64,000 nt of DNA from Ostreococcus lucimarinus (taxonomy: Eukaryota), in NCBI GenBank assembly GCA_000092065.1, contig CP000591.1; one strand, written 5' to 3'. The notes beneath the pieces were generated by a model. That model ran no database searches, was not told where the DNA came from, and saw nothing but the letters and a program-made list of their open reading frames with translations. The position numbers and the translations under genes were made by a program. Below, in pieces: positions 8,946-17,867 of this stretch. Within the stretch, counting starts at the first letter, position 1; each line of letters begins with the position of its first letter.

Positions 8946-10637
8946 ATGGCGGACGCCCTTGCCTCGACGCTCGACGGCCTGACGCTCGACGGCGCGAGGC
9001 ACAGGTACTCGAAGATCTACGACCGCGTCCCGATCGAAAGCGTGCTCGCGACGGCGGAAAAAGACGCGATCGGACGGACGATCGTCGTCGGTGGCTGGGT
9101 GAAGACGGGACGCGAGGCGGAGCGAGGCGCGCTGCTGTTTCTCGCGGTGAACGACGGGAGCGGACCGGGAAACCTGCAGGTGGTGGTGAAATCCGAGACG
9201 TACGCCGAGCTGGGGGAGCTGAAGACGACGGGGACGAGCGTGGTGATCGAGGGCGAGCTGCGGGCGCCGCCGGAGAGCGCGAAGGGGCAGGCGATCGAGA
9301 TGCACGCGACGAGGGTGCTGATGGTCGGAAAGTGCGACGGCGCGACGTATCCGATCGCGAAGAAGAAGCAGACGCTGGAGTTCCTGCGGGAGAAGATTCA
9401 TCTGCGACCGAGGACGAACACGATCGCGAGCGTGGCGCGGGTGCGGAGCGCGCTCGCGTACGCGACGCATACGTTTTTTAACCAAAATGGGTTCTTGTAC
9501 GTGCACACGCCGTGCGTGACGCAGAGCGATTGCGAGGGAGCGGGAGAGATGTTTCAAGTGACGACGTTGCTGAGCGAGGCGGAGAAGCCGGAGGCGTTAG
9601 AGGCGACGGTGAAGCCGGAGGAGATTGAGGCAAAGCGCGCCGAGGTTTCCGCGTGCGGCGGAGAGATCAAGTCGATGAAGGAGAGTGGGGCGGATTCCAA
9701 GGAGGTGAAGAAGGCGGTGAAGACGTTAGATAAACTCAAGCAAGAGCTGTCGCAGATGGAATCGGCGGCGCGCAAGATTGGCGGGATTCAACGCGCCGAA
9801 GACGGTTCCATCGATTACTCCCGCGATTTCTTTGGCGGCAAGTCGTACTTGACCGTTTCCGGGCAGTTACAGGTGGAAACGTACGCGTGTGCGCTCTCTA
9901 ACGTGTACACTTTCGGTCCGACGTTCCGTGCGGAGAACTCGAACACCACCAGACACTTGGCTGAGTTCTGGATGATTGAACCCGAGCTCGCGTTTGCCGA
10001 CTTGAACGACGACATGCAGTGCGCGGAGGATTACGTCAGGTTCTGCTGCAACTACCTCCTCGAGAACTGCTACGGCGACTTGGAATTCTTTGCCAAGATG
10101 TACGACAGCACGTGCATCGATCGCGTGAAGGAAATTGCGACAACGCCGTTTGGTCGCGTCTCGTACACCGAAGCCATCGATCTCTTGGAAAAAGCCGTCG
10201 CCGACGGCAAGGAGTTCGTCTACCCAGTCTCTTGGGGTATCGACTTGGCCACCGAACACGAGCGCTGGCTCGCCGAGGAACACTTCAAGAAACCCGTGAT
10301 CGTTTACAACTACCCGAAGGACATCAAGGCTTTCTACATGCGCTTGAACGACGACAACAAAACCGTCGCCGCGATGGACGTCTTGGTGCCAAAGGTTGGC
10401 GAACTCATCGGCGGTAGTCAACGCGAGGAGCGATTGGACGTGTTGGAACGCCGAATGGTGGAATGTGACCTCGTGCCGGAAGAATATTCTTGGTACTTGG
10501 ACCTGCGTCGTTACGGCACCGTCACCCACGCCGGTTTCGGCCTCGGCTTTGAACGCCTGATTCTTTTGTGCACCGGGATGGAGAATATTCGCGACGTCAT
10601 TCCGTACCCGCGCTGGCCGAACAACTGCATTAGTTGA
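8946..10637 (+). CDS. Asparaginyl-tRNA synthetase (class IIb)
   Basis: Motif 2 FRAENSNTTRHLAEFWMIEPELAF and motif 3 GGSQREER...GFGLGFERL. An OB-fold N-terminal domain is present. A ~65-aa Lys/Glu-rich insertion between motifs 1 and 2 contains a WHEP-like helix. Confidence 0.9.
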   Translation: MADALASTLDGLTLDGARHRYSKIYDRVPIESVLATAEKDAIGRTIVVGGWVKTGREAERGALLFLAVNDGSGPGNLQVVVKSETYAELGELKTTGTSVVIEGELRAPPESAKGQAIEMHATRVLMVGKCDGATYPIAKKKQTLEFLREKIHLRPRTNTIASVARVRSALAYATHTFFNQNGFLYVHTPCVTQSDCEGAGEMFQVTTLLSEAEKPEALEATVKPEEIEAKRAEVSACGGEIKSMKESGADSKEVKKAVKTLDKLKQELSQMESAARKIGGIQRAEDGSIDYSRDFFGGKSYLTVSGQLQVETYACALSNVYTFGPTFRAENSNTTRHLAEFWMIEPELAFADLNDDMQCAEDYVRFCCNYLLENCYGDLEFFAKMYDSTCIDRVKEIATTPFGRVSYTEAIDLLEKAVADGKEFVYPVSWGIDLATEHERWLAEEHFKKPVIVYNYPKDIKAFYMRLNDDNKTVAAMDVLVPKVGELIGGSQREERLDVLERRMVECDLVPEEYSWYLDLRRYGTVTHAGFGLGFERLILLCTGMENIRDVIPYPRWPNNCIS

Positions 10638-10730
10638 TTCGCCCAGTCCGCAATTTTCGCCGCTACGATCAAACAAGCGCAACATATTAATACTACATAC
10701 GACACCAACATCACACCTCGCTACTTACTG

Positions 10731-11417
10731 CTACCCGCGTCGTCGAAACGCCGCGATGTTGGATTTCAGCGGCGGAAACTGAAAAATCACCACACCAGCG
10801 CGCTCATCGTAAAACAACACCGGAAACGTCGCGATTGCATCGACGAAGCCAAGCTTCCCCACCGCGTTGATCGCCTTATCCACCACACCAGAGCCGGGAC
10901 CCGCTCTCGGCTCATCCGCCGACGCTCCGGCGCCGACCCAAAATGTGTCGAACCCGATGCGACACGCCGGTCGAACCATCCCCTCGCAAACTCGCGACTC
11001 CGCCGCCTGTACCGTTCCGCTCGCGCTCAACCACCCATCCGGGACGAACCGCCCTCGATGTCGCACGTCCGAAGAAATCGTCCCGTCGCGTATCACGTAT
11101 CGCAGCGGGTGAAACAGAACCCCCAGCGGCGTCGCCAATCGAACGATGTGCGGCGCGGCAAACACCCTCCAGTCCCCATCCCCTCGCACCGCGTTATCGA
11201 TCCCACCGTCCACGCGCGCGCTCGCGATCAGAGCGTCGATATCGCGCTGGATTTCGCTCGGGACGCCGCGATGAAGTTCCCAACTCGACTCGTCTTCGGC
11301 GTACTCAACGACGCGTTGGAGCGGCGCGGCGACGTCAGGGCGCGGGGTCGATCGACAGCGACTTTTACGAGCGCGACGGGGCGCCGCGACGACGCGCGAG
11401 GGCGCGAGGGCGCGCAT
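10731..11417 (-). CDS. Hypothetical protein, no recognisable domain
   Basis: ORF with GC-rich codon usage. The start was chosen at the first ATG (11415-11417); the track start is TTG. It sits only 44 bp from the Sec16-like stop, so the gene model is uncertain. Confidence 0.3.
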   Translation of the reverse strand: MRALAPSRVVAAPRRARKSRCRSTPRPDVAAPLQRVVEYAEDESSWELHRGVPSEIQRDIDALIASARVDGGIDNAVRGDGDWRVFAAPHIVRLATPLGVLFHPLRYVIRDGTISSDVRHRGRFVPDGWLSASGTVQAAESRVCEGMVRPACRIGFDTFWVGAGASADEPRAGPGSGVVDKAINAVGKLGFVDAIATFPVLFYDERAGVVIFQFPPLKSNIAAFRRRG

Positions 11418-11460
11418 GACGCGACGAGTAATGATGGCTGGCACTCGCAAAGGCTAACTA

Positions 11461-14400
11461 TTATTGCAGTCTGAGGTCGGTGAAATCATCGGCGACGACG
11501 TCGACGGATGGAGCGGCGGAAGCGCTCGTGTGATGAATCACTGGGAGTGGTGCTGACGTCGCGAACGACGGGGCGAGGAGGGCGGGGTCGATGGTGGGCG
11601 GGCGAGGGATTGCGCCGGCGGGCGGCGGATGCGACGATTCGGATGCCGAGGCTTCGTAACCGTAAAATCCATCTTGCGAGGCGGTTCGTTCGTGTGCGGC
11701 GTACGACGCCGACGATTGACTCTCGCTGGATTCATTCCGGGAGTGCGCGGAATGGGCCGGCGCGACGGCGGACGGCATGAAGAATTGCGCAGGAGCTTGC
11801 GCGCACGCGCCGGCGTTAGGCGCGACGGGGACGAAGCCTTGAGGGGCGACAGTCGGCGTCGAAGTCGTGCTGAACGTCGACACATAACGCGTGTGTACGC
11901 CACCTTGCTGTTTTGCGTGCGTGCTTGGCGCCATGACTGGAGGCGGACCTGCAATTTCACTCGCCGCGCTTTGTTCTGATCGAAGCGGCGGAGCACCCAC
12001 GGGTGGGGCCTCTTTCGGTGGTGCTCGTCCTCTCTCGAGCCACATCTTGCGCTCGTCGTCGTAATAGAAGACATTCTCTTGGCTCATTGTCGGCTCGTTC
12101 GCGGGCTGAGGCTTTGGCGCAACGCCGCCGAAGAGGGACGACATCGATCGTAACAAGTTGCCCGAGGGCGTGCGCTCGTGGCGCGCCACGTGCGCCGGCG
12201 GCGGTTGCACGACCGGTGCAGCTTGTGAGTGCGCCGACGAAAGTGTGTGGTGCATTTGCACGGGCTGCTGCTGATACGCATCCGGTGGCGTGTGCGGTCG
12301 CGGCTCGTGCGGTGGACCCAGCGGCGAGGCTTGAAATTCACCGCCGTCGCCGAATAGGGAGCTGACGCTTCGATCGAGCAAGCCTTTGACGCCGCTCACC
12401 AACACCTTGGCAGCGCCAGCTGCGGCGTCAGCTAATCTGCCAGTTTTTCCGCGTAAACTATTGTGTAACCGATCTTCCATCTGCGCCGCCAACATTCCCA
12501 CGAGGGCGCCGTTCACTTCGGGAGAATTTCTATCCAGAGAACGAACGCTCTTCAACACAGACTCTACGTACGCCAGCGCTGGTTTCAATTTACCAACCTC
12601 AGCTAAAGCTCCGGCGTATAAGAGCTTGTAAGGCAACAGAGATGGAAGTTGCGCTTGTGGATTCGAACCTAACACCGCGAGTTCGAAAATCTCGGTGAGG
12701 TGCACGGCACGAGGCGTGACGTACGTCCTCGGGAACTTGCGATGATCCGCGCCGATGAGACACAACCGCGAATTGAATGAATACGGCGTCGGACGTTGCT
12801 TTGACAGTGCGTAGGCAACATGCGCGGCCGTGATGTCATTCTGACACCAGAGCTCGTCGCCGAGCGCTTTGAGCACGAAATCACTCCCTTTTGCTGGGTT
12901 TGAACAAAGAATAGCGATGTGCTCGCGCCATCTCGGGAGAAGTTCTCGAATTTGGGAAACTTCCGGCACTTGCATCCCGTGCACGTTCGGTGCAGCCTCG
13001 ACACCGCTTGTCGTGAGCTCTTGGGGTATCCCAGCCATGACTACTTCGAGCGTGTGGAGCGGCGAACCGACTCGGCACACGCTCTTTGCCATGATGGAGA
13101 CCGTTTCGTGATAGTGACGACCGCCCATGTGGCTGGCGAGAAGAAGCGCGTGTGGCCATAATTTCGCCGCTACAGCGGCCTGCAGCGCCTCACCGCGCCG
13201 ACCGGCGATGAGGAGATTCTCTATTTGCACGATTTGTTGCGCGTCGCCTTCGCCCGACGGATTCAGCGGCGACGCCGCGACGTTTGCCGACACCCAACCA
13301 CCGTCCGAGGCTGCCTGAGCGTCACCGGCGAGCACGGATGCAAGCTCGGCGACAGCGCCTTTTCTATTTTCGCCTAACAAATCACCAGGGGTTGAAATCT
13401 CACCCTTATGTCGTAACATCGTCTGTAACACGCGATATAATGTCACTTCGCTCTGTTGCCGTTCTCCCCCGGACGAGAGCGCCGAGTCCATCATCTTTGT
13501 CACGTCGGCTTGTCGTCGATTTCCCAACGGCCCGTCGAACGCCTCCATCGATCGTACGTAAGACATACCGAGTGTGTTACCATCCTTTAACATGGATCCA
13601 ACCGAATGCACGCGCAAGCTACAAGGTGGTATGCTCGTTCCGTGACTGATTCTACCGCCAGGATACCCAGGCCCGCTCAGTATGAGCGAGCCGCCAAAAC
13701 CGAAACTCATCGCCACGTGCTGCGGGCGGCCGTGCGGAGAACGATCAGTGTCGTCATAATTTGCGGGTTTGAGCGTCTCTGTTTCACTATATGCTGCATA
13801 CTCGAGCTGTTGCGTGGAGTGCGCCTCGTAAGACGGCGCATAGCCGCCATGATTCGCGCTCGGCGCAGGCACAGGCGGATACTCTGGCTGTGCCACGCGA
13901 GCGGGCTCGTACGTGTCGTAGCCCGCGCTCGCGCGAGGTGGTGGCGTAAATGGTACGGGCGACGCTGAAGCCAATGCATGCGGCACGGCATGCACGTACG
14001 CCATCGGGGAGTCTTCAATCGGCGTCGGCACCATGAACGTCGGCTTCGGCGGCGTCTGCGGCGGCGCCTGCATATCGGAGACGGAATTCGACGAGGACAC
14101 ACGGCTGTGCAAATTCTCGGAAGAATACGCCGGCACTATCGGTGGTGCGCTCAGGTCCGCGGTGACGTCGTTTTCTCGATAGTCTGCGTACGCTGATCTA
14201 GGCGGCTCTCGCAGTTCAAGCGCGCGATTCGGCTGGTCTTCGTGCGAAGCGCTCGCGAGCGGTTGGGAAAATCCCTGTCGCGCGTACTGTTCCGGAGCAT
14301 GTTGCTCGTACGCAGTGGCGTGAGCGTGTGACGTCATCCCCATCCCGAAGTCATCGCTCGTTTCGCGCTCGCCGACGAACTCTGCTTGCGGATACTCAGC

Positions 14401-15201
14401 CGCCGGCGCGTGCGTTTCCTCGTAAAACGCACGATCCGGCGCCGAATCCGTCGGCGCGAAGCTCGTCGCCTCGATAACTGGCGCGCGCGCCTCGGCCGCG
14501 ACGCTCGCGATCTCGTTCGCCTCCGCCACGTTCTCGCTCGCCGCGTACGTTTCGCGCGCCGGCGCCTCCGCCGCCCCGCTCGCCCGCGCCTCGAACGGAA
14601 TCACCGCCGGCGCGCTCACCGTCTCCTCCGCCGCGTCTAAATCGTCAAAGAATCCCATCCCATCGTCCCGCGACGCCGCGGGCGACGCGAACGGCGCGTT
14701 CGTCGCGTACGTCGCCGCCGCCGTCGCCGTCGCCGCCGCGCGAACCGCCCCCGCCGACGCCTCCGCCCCCGCCGACGCCGACGCCGACGCGCCGACCTCC
14801 CCCCCCCCCCCCGTCGGCGTCAACCAATCGTCGTCGCCCTCGCACCCCCCGAACAGCGCCCCCAAGTCGCCGTTCGCGACTTCCACGAACCCCGTCGGCG
14901 CGTCCTCGCGCGCGCGCGGCGTCGTCGGCGTCGTCGCGAACGCCGCCTCCTCCCGTCGCGTCGGCGTCGTCGCGCGCTCGCCCATCGTCGGCGTCGCGAC
15001 GCCGAACGGTCCGCGCGTCGTCGTCGTCGTCGCGTCGTCGCGCGCCGCGCCGTCGTCGCGCCGCGCGTCGTCGCCGCACGTCGTCGTCGCGACCGCGCGC
15101 TCGCCCGTCGTCGTCGCCTCGCGCGACGCCTCCGCGTCCGCGCGGCGCGGCGCCGGCGCGACGTCGTCGAGCCACGCGTCGTCGCTGTCCGACGACGCCA
15201 T
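11461..15201 (-). CDS. Sec16-like COPII/ER-exit-site scaffold protein: large Pro/Ser/Ala-rich disordered protein with a central conserved helical domain
   Basis: Central block ...IENLLIAGRRGEALQAAVAAKLWPHALLLASHMGGRHYHETV...LLYAGALAE... resembles the Sec16 central conserved (ACE1) domain, flanked by long low-complexity regions. The start is taken at MASSDSDD (ATG 15199-15201). The further upstream ORF is antisense to the U2AF-like RS-domain coding sequence. Confidence 0.5.
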   Translation of the reverse strand: MASSDSDDAWLDDVAPAPRRADAEASREATTTGERAVATTTCGDDARRDDGAARDDATTTTTRGPFGVATPTMGERATTPTRREEAAFATTPTTPRAREDAPTGFVEVANGDLGALFGGCEGDDDWLTPTGGGGEVGASASASAGAEASAGAVRAAATATAAATYATNAPFASPAASRDDGMGFFDDLDAAEETVSAPAVIPFEARASGAAEAPARETYAASENVAEANEIASVAAEARAPVIEATSFAPTDSAPDRAFYEETHAPAAEYPQAEFVGERETSDDFGMGMTSHAHATAYEQHAPEQYARQGFSQPLASASHEDQPNRALELREPPRSAYADYRENDVTADLSAPPIVPAYSSENLHSRVSSSNSVSDMQAPPQTPPKPTFMVPTPIEDSPMAYVHAVPHALASASPVPFTPPPRASAGYDTYEPARVAQPEYPPVPAPSANHGGYAPSYEAHSTQQLEYAAYSETETLKPANYDDTDRSPHGRPQHVAMSFGFGGSLILSGPGYPGGRISHGTSIPPCSLRVHSVGSMLKDGNTLGMSYVRSMEAFDGPLGNRRQADVTKMMDSALSSGGERQQSEVTLYRVLQTMLRHKGEISTPGDLLGENRKGAVAELASVLAGDAQAASDGGWVSANVAASPLNPSGEGDAQQIVQIENLLIAGRRGEALQAAVAAKLWPHALLLASHMGGRHYHETVSIMAKSVCRVGSPLHTLEVVMAGIPQELTTSGVEAAPNVHGMQVPEVSQIRELLPRWREHIAILCSNPAKGSDFVLKALGDELWCQNDITAAHVAYALSKQRPTPYSFNSRLCLIGADHRKFPRTYVTPRAVHLTEIFELAVLGSNPQAQLPSLLPYKLLYAGALAEVGKLKPALAYVESVLKSVRSLDRNSPEVNGALVGMLAAQMEDRLHNSLRGKTGRLADAAAGAAKVLVSGVKGLLDRSVSSLFGDGGEFQASPLGPPHEPRPHTPPDAYQQQPVQMHHTLSSAHSQAAPVVQPPPAHVARHERTPSGNLLRSMSSLFGGVAPKPQPANEPTMSQENVFYYDDERKMWLERGRAPPKEAPPVGAPPLRSEQSAASEIAGPPPVMAPSTHAKQQGGVHTRYVSTFSTTSTPTVAPQGFVPVAPNAGACAQAPAQFFMPSAVAPAHSAHSRNESSESQSSASYAAHERTASQDGFYGYEASASESSHPPPAGAIPRPPTIDPALLAPSFATSAPLPVIHHTSASAAPSVDVVADDFTDLRLQ
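14799..14812. repeat. C14 homopolymer (G14 on the coding strand) inside the Sec16-like CDS; encodes a GGGG stretch
   Basis: Read directly from the sequence. Confidence 0.9.
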
Positions 15202-16612
15202 GACGACGCGCGACGACGCGCGCGTCGCCGTCTGCCGCGTCGATCGTCGTCGAGCGATCACACCGACGCGCGCGATGTCGCGCGAGCGCTCGAGCGCGCG
15301 CGCGCGCGAGCGACGGTCGAGATCGCGATCGCGATCGCCCGCGCGACGGTGCGCGCGACGCGACGACGCGCGGTGGCGACGCGACGACGATCGGGACGCC
15401 GGGCGATCGCGAGGCGACGACGCGCGACGACGGTTCGACGACGACCGCGAGCGACGAGAGCGACGGGACGGGAGCGAACGGGAGTGGACGCGCGATCGCG
15501 GCGACGCGCGGTGGGACGCGCGGCGACGCGAGGACGGGCGAGGGTGGACGGGACGGGACGAGGACGCGCGCGCGAGCGCGGGACCGGGCGCGGGACCGGG
15601 ACCGAGGCGAGACGGATGGGGAAGGGATGGATGGGAACGCGAGCGAGGAAGGTTCGGAAACGATGGCGCGAGGCGGGAGGATCGAGGCGGGGAGCGGTTC
15701 GGGGGACACGCGCGAAGACCGGATCCGAGGGAAACGGCGACGCGGGAGGCGCTCGCGTCGCGGTGGTTGGAGAAGAACGCGAACGGGACGGCCAAGGTGA
15801 GCGATTATAACGCGGAGAAGTTGAGGCGGGAGATATACGTGGGGAATTTGGTGTCGGGACAGATCGGGGCGACGATGCTGTGCGAATTGTTGAACGATGT
15901 GTTGAAGAAGATCGTGCCCGAGGCGTGTCACGCGGTGGGGAAGTTGCCGCCGGTGCTGAGCATCGTGATGGATAGCGCGCAAAAGTACGCGTCTTTGGAG
16001 ATGCGAAGCTCGGCGTTGGCGACGGCGGCGCTTGGTTTGGATCAGATGCACGTGCTAGGGCGACCGCTGCACATCACTCGGCCGGCGGGATACTTTGACG
16101 ACCCGGACGCGAAGAGACAAGTTTTAAACGTCGAGCACGTGCTTCCCGCGCCGGAGAAACTGCAGCAAGTGTACGATTATTTGGACGCCCGCAAGATCGA
16201 AGAATCGAAATCGAAGGATGAAGCGATCGAACGCGCGAAGAAGATGGCGGTGAGTGTGTCTGAGAGTGTGGCTCACGCCGCCGCGCCGACGACGGCAGAG
16301 GCCACGGAGTATTTGTGCCTCGAAAACATGGTCGACGTCAAGACGTTGCTCAGCGCTCGCGAGCGCAAGGAATTGCGATACGATATCGAGGATGAGTGCG
16401 GAAAGTGTGGTAAAGTGGTTCGTGTGGTCGTTCCAACGCCGAGCGACGAAGAGGTCGAACGCAAGGCGGCGAGTCGTGCGTACGTTTACTTTGCGCGCGT
16501 CGGCAGCGCTGAGAGCGCGCACAAGGTGATGCACGGTCGAAAATTCGGTGGTCGCATAGTCCAGGCGCGATACATAGAGGCTAGTGAGTTCGAAGCCTTC
16601 GATAAGAAGTAG
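15200..16612 (+). CDS. U2AF large-subunit-like splicing factor (RS/RD domain, RRM, C-terminal UHM)
   Basis: N-terminal RS/RD dipeptide region. An RRM (REIYVGNLVSGQIGATMLCELLND...LGRPLHITRPAGY) closely resembles U2AF65 RRM1. The C-terminal UHM-like RRM is EYLCLENMVD...GKVVRVVVPTP...RAYVYFARVGSAESAHKVMHGRKFGGRIVQARYI. Confidence 0.7.
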   Translation: MTTRDDARVAVCRVDRRRAITPTRAMSRERSSARARERRSRSRSRSPARRCARRDDARWRRDDDRDAGRSRGDDARRRFDDDRERRERRDGSEREWTRDRGDARWDARRREDGRGWTGRDEDARASAGPGAGPGPRRDGWGRDGWERERGRFGNDGARREDRGGERFGGHARRPDPRETATREALASRWLEKNANGTAKVSDYNAEKLRREIYVGNLVSGQIGATMLCELLNDVLKKIVPEACHAVGKLPPVLSIVMDSAQKYASLEMRSSALATAALGLDQMHVLGRPLHITRPAGYFDDPDAKRQVLNVEHVLPAPEKLQQVYDYLDARKIEESKSKDEAIERAKKMAVSVSESVAHAAAPTTAEATEYLCLENMVDVKTLLSARERKELRYDIEDECGKCGKVVRVVVPTPSDEEVERKAASRAYVYFARVGSAESAHKVMHGRKFGGRIVQARYIEASEFEAFDKK

Positions 16613-16699
16613 TATAGTGCAATGAAATCGTGAGCCAGTGGAGTCTACAGAACAAATTTGTTTATCAGTTTACAAAGAGCTTTATCGGCGCGCAAATGA

Positions 16700-17719
16700 T
16701 CACTTTGACCAGTGCTTCTTATCGATCTCATCGCGCGTGTTGTCGCGGAGTAAAAATAATCTCGCAGCCCGCTCGCGCAATGTGCCTCCGCACTTTAATT
16801 TTTGCGCGGTGAGTTCAGCTTTCAGGCGCTCTAAACCGACCGCCTCGAGCGCCTCCGCGCTATCAAATCGCGTCAAATCTAATGGCCCTTCTTCCTTCTG
16901 CTCCATCACAGGCGGCGCCATCGTCGGCGCCAACGTCGGTGACTGCGAAGTGGACGCCTCCGGCTCGTTCGCGCGCGCGAGCGCGGGCGCGGGCGCCGCC
17001 GGAACGACTCTCGCCTTCTTCGCCGCCGGAAACAACAACGCAGAATCATCGAAATCTTCGTCACTCTCACTCTCACTCTCACTCTCGTCATCGTTCCCCA
17101 CCACCGCTTTTCCCTTTTTCGCCTTCTTGCGTTTCGCCGCTTCGATGGCCGCCGCATTCTTAAACCCACTCGCCACCGCGTCGTTCACGCTCTCGCTCAC
17201 CTTTGCGCTCTCCGCGTGATACGCCTCTCGCTCCTTCTCCTCTAACTCCCTCAGTCTCGCCGCTCCGCTTCCTCCGGCTTGCGATTTCAAGTATTTCTCC
17301 GCCTTCGCCTCGGCATCTCGCTCCGCTTTCTCCGCCTCCCACGCCGCGATCTTCTTCTCTCCGTTCACCGCCCGCAAGCGCCGACCGCTCAGGTCGCGAC
17401 AGGCGTCGAAATTCGTCGTCTGCGTCCCTCGTCGCGCCGACGCGCGCAGCTGCGTGCCGAAGCCGCCCTTGCCGCCGAGTAAGCCACACGTGACGTGCGC
17501 GATCAAGGCATCGCTCGCGCGAACCGTCGCGTCGCCGCGCGCGCGCGCGGAACGCGAAAATGCGACGCGCGCGCCGTAGGGCACGAGCGCGGCGTCGCGC
17601 GCGCGCAGGGCGTCGACGACGCGCGCGAGGTCGCGCGAGCGGTCGCGATCGTCGAGATCGCACTCGACGCATCGCGTGCGGCCGTCCAGGGCGCGCACGA
17701 GAACGTTGACGCGAGGCAT
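16700..17719 (-). CDS. SDE2: SDE2-like protein (ubiquitin-fold N-terminus with GGKGGFG processing motif, C-terminal SAP-like region)
   Basis: The diagnostic [14 protein letters not shown] motif sits after a ubiquitin-like N-terminus. Then a Lys/Glu-rich coiled region with an acidic [14 protein letters not shown] patch and the C-terminal [17 protein letters not shown]. The ATG at 17717-17719 was verified. Confidence 0.6.
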   Translation of the reverse strand: MPRVNVLVRALDGRTRCVECDLDDRDRSRDLARVVDALRARDAALVPYGARVAFSRSARARGDATVRASDALIAHVTCGLLGGKGGFGTQLRASARRGTQTTNFDACRDLSGRRLRAVNGEKKIAAWEAEKAERDAEAKAEKYLKSQAGGSGAARLRELEEKEREAYHAESAKVSESVNDAVASGFKNAAAIEAAKRKKAKKGKAVVGNDDESESESESDEDFDDSALLFPAAKKARVVPAAPAPALARANEPEASTSQSPTLAPTMAPPVMEQKEEGPLDLTRFDSAEALEAVGLERLKAELTAQKLKCGGTLRERAARLFLLRDNTRDEIDKKHWSK

Positions 17720-17867
17720 GACGACGCGCGCGTCGGATTCTGAGGCGCGCGCGCGCGCGGCGCGGACGCGACGCGCGAGATGGCGCCCGTGACGGTCGCG
17801 CGCTACGTTCTAACGATTTGAATGACTAATGCTACGATGTGCGCCTGCGAGCGACCCGAGTTCGGGA

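Noticed and set aside
6125-8947. Kinesin ORF reading through the 102-bp tandem repeats to an ATG at 8945-8947, which would add three copies of a 34-aa hydrophobic repeat to the N-terminus
   Set aside because: The repeat DNA is AT-rich with low GC3, unlike coding DNA here. The frame stays open only because the unit is a multiple of three. The motor domain is preceded by a plausible ATG (8581) downstream of the repeats.
7886-9557. Long Arg/Ala-rich ORFs on the strand opposite recognised genes (for example 7886..9481, 8211..9557, 14645..16051, 35176..36234, 38080..39508, 17868..19778 upstream half, 1421..2209)
   Set aside because: These are antisense or out-of-frame artefacts of the very GC-rich CGN/GCN-biased codon usage. 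They have no homology, show extreme low complexity and overlap well-supported genes.
12655-12672. tRNA-like T-loop signature (ggattcgaacc on plus strand, so GGTTCGAATCC on minus)
   Set aside because: It lies inside the conserved Sec16-like coding domain. The flanks do not form a T-stem, acceptor stem or anticodon arm. No other tRNA-like cloverleaf was found anywhere in the window.
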